A DNA stretch of 44,382 nucleotides, taken from NCBI GenBank assembly GCA_001275005.1, contig JWZX01003360.1, positions 1 to 44,382 of the forward strand, written 5' to 3'. The notes under the pieces were generated by a model that ran no database searches, was not told the DNA's origin, and saw only the letters and a program-made list of their open reading frames with translations. Source of the stretch: Chrysochromulina tobinii (lineage: Eukaryota). Below are positions 42,615 through 44,382 of the stretch, in pieces. The position numbers were made by a program, and so were the translations under genes. Positions within the stretch are counted from its first letter, which is position 1, and each line of letters opens with the position of its first letter.

Positions 42615-44015
42615 CGCGATTCGGGCCTCATGGCTGCACCTCTCCTCGCAGTCGGTGGTGATGATGTCGAAGCCGAGCGCGCGGTGGTACTGCTTCTGCG
42701 CCTCCGCGCCGACCTTGACCGTGAACGTCTGCCCGCCCCCGATGCGCCCGTAGCAGCCGCCGTGCAGTACGTGATCGATCACGTGCTTGCTGATCTCGCC
42801 CTCAATTACCTTGCCCTCAGAGTCGATAGACGGCGTCTTGATCACGTGCAGCAGGGTGAAGTCCTCTCGACCCAGCCGCACCGGCCGCTCCAGCTCGTCG
42901 AGCGCCGAGCCGTGCATGAGCTTGTGCAGAAAGGCCTCGCCCGGCCGCTTGCACGCGCCACCCTTGTCGAGGTCGATGCCGTGCATGCTCTTGAGCCTCT
43001 TGGCCGTTTCGGCGTTGAGGTCGCCGGCGATCACGTACGGCATATGCGCGACGAGCAGCGCCTCTTCGAGCTTGCCCCAGGCCTTGGCGTGCAGCTCCTT
43101 TGGCAGGTTCTGCTGCGGCATGTAGCACGCGTAGATCAACATCTTGGTCGAGTCGTCAATCATGCGCACCTCGACCTCGAGCAGCCGCCCGGGTACAAGC
43201 ACCTGCGTCCCGATCACTTTGAAGACGCACGGATCGTAAGCGAGCAACACGCCGGCCCACTCGCCCTTGGCCGCCGGGGCTTGGATCACGCAGGGCGTGT
43301 ACTCGGGCGCTCCTGCGCTGCAACGTTTGGACAGGTCCTGCCATCCCAGGCGCATGCCGATGTAGTCCGCCACGTCGTCGACGGCCTTGCCGTGCAGGTG
43401 CGTCTCCGACAGCATGAACATGTGCGCGTGCCTGCCTTTGACCTCGTCGATGATGGCCTCGAGCGCCTCGCAGCCCCGGAAGCGCAGTGCCGTCCCTCGG
43501 CCGACGTCGCCGCCGCCGTCCTCGGCGTCCTCGTGCTCGAGCGTCTCGGCAAGCGCGCGATCGCGCTCCTCAGTCTGTACAGCAGCGCCGCCAGTGCTCT
43601 TTCGCTTGGCCCGCCGGCCCCGATCGCTGAGCCGCCGCTCAGCTCGTGCCTCGCGAACGCTGACGCCGCCTGGATTCCAGACGAGGCAAGTTCGCCGCCT
43701 CTTGACCTCGAACACCGCTCGCGGTGCCGAGGCCGTCGTGGGCACCACGCCCTCCGCCTTCTCGATCGCGTCGCGCCGCAACTTCTCGAGCAGCTGTCCA
43801 GCGTCTCCAATCGCGCTCTCCATCTTGTGCGCCTTGGCCTCTTCCGCTAGCCTCCCAACGCCGGCCAGATTCCGACCGAGCGCCGCCTTGTGCGACGCCG
43901 CGCGTGCGCGGATCGCCTGCGCGTACTCGTACTTGCGGTCGATGATGGATTGTGCCGCCAGCGAGAGCCACCCTTCCAGCAGCGCGGCGGAGAGCATGCG
44001 ATTCTCCCGAAGCAC
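42615..44015 (-). CDS. LINE ORF2 apurinic-like endonuclease (APE/EEP) segment
   Basis: LVWNPGG, MLSETHL, ACYMP, IAGDLNA, IDHVL, YHRAL. Confidence 0.88.
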
Positions 44016-44086
44016 GTCGAGATGCAGTGGCAGCTTGCCATTGGGAGCATGGCGCAGCGCGCCGAGGAGAGCCTCGCTTGAGAAGC

Positions 44087-44382
44087 CTATGATGCCGCGC
44101 CATCTTCACTCGGCTGATCGGCCGCAGTCTGTGACTGCGTGCCAGCAGAAACGCCCAGTGATCCAGCCTGTGACTGTGAGCCCAGCGGCTCAGCGGGGGC
44201 ATCCATCTGAATCTGCATGGCATCAGAAACGCACGCGCCGTCGATGCGCAATGACACGCCCTCGATCTGGCCTGCATCGAGACCGACGCGCCTTGCAGCG
44301 GGCGCAGGCCCGTCCCATCTCGACGGCGGAGGTACTGGCGCGAAGCCAGCGAGCTCGCCCACGTATGCATGCAACACGCGCT
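44087..44382 (-). CDS. Probable 3' end of LINE ORF1
   Basis: Open frame ending at TAG 44087-44089, immediately upstream of ORF2; no diagnostic motif visible. Confidence 0.4.
   Translation of the reverse strand, partial: RVLHAYVGELAGFAPVPPPSRWDGPAPAARRVGLDAGQIEGVSLRIDGACVSDAMQIQMDAPAEPLGSQSQAGSLGVSAGTQSQTAADQPSEDGAAS

Larger units (their letters stand above)
34551..44382 (-). mobile_element. Large APE-type non-LTR retrotransposon (LINE), 5' end beyond the window
   Basis: ORF1-like tail, APE, RT, C-terminal Cys/His knuckle, pyrimidine-rich 3' UTR and tandem-repeat tail, all collinear on the minus strand. Confidence 0.9.

Noticed and set aside
40758..43850. 1030-aa plus-strand ORF as an independent gene
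   Set aside because: Mostly the antisense shadow of GC-rich LINE coding sequence; only 41913-42614 looks protein-like and is explained by the inversion

Overview
GC-rich eukaryotic nuclear DNA, probably a haptophyte alga such as Chrysochromulina (inferred from composition, gene content and intron style). Genes in order: the C-terminal half of a CslA/CslC-like GT2 glycan synthase abutting a multi-exon myosin with IQ-like, coiled-coil and ARM-like tail (both minus strand); VTA1; a TauD-family dioxygenase; a PAS-like protein; an ankyrin/coiled-coil protein; TruA; a type-B carboxylesterase; a GT47 exostosin; an SDR; an LRR-Roc-COR (Roco) protein; a DHHC palmitoyltransferase; a PLOD-type glycosyltransferase; and a >9.8-kb APE-type non-LTR retrotransposon. 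Three things stand out. (1) An apparent intron-manufacturing system: most introns are built from a few shared, sense-oriented modules (GTACGTTGATTGCCACTGA; (CTGATGGCCT/CTGATTGCCA)n-CCCTCATCAG; GACCTGCCTTGCATGCAAGTGCTCACCACGGCGCC-Py-CAG) placed between variable-length (about 7-40 nt) duplications of the exon, arranged so that splicing restores one copy. (2) The retrotransposon carries a DUF4326-like domain between endonuclease and RT, and a 702-bp internal inversion bounded by 5-bp inverted repeats whose reversal fuses three ORF segments in frame. (3) Unusual domain architectures: a SAM-like domain inserted inside the Roc GTPase, and a myosin/Csl-GT2 juxtaposition that may be a fusion or a repeat-mediated deletion/misassembly. 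All exon boundaries were read by eye.
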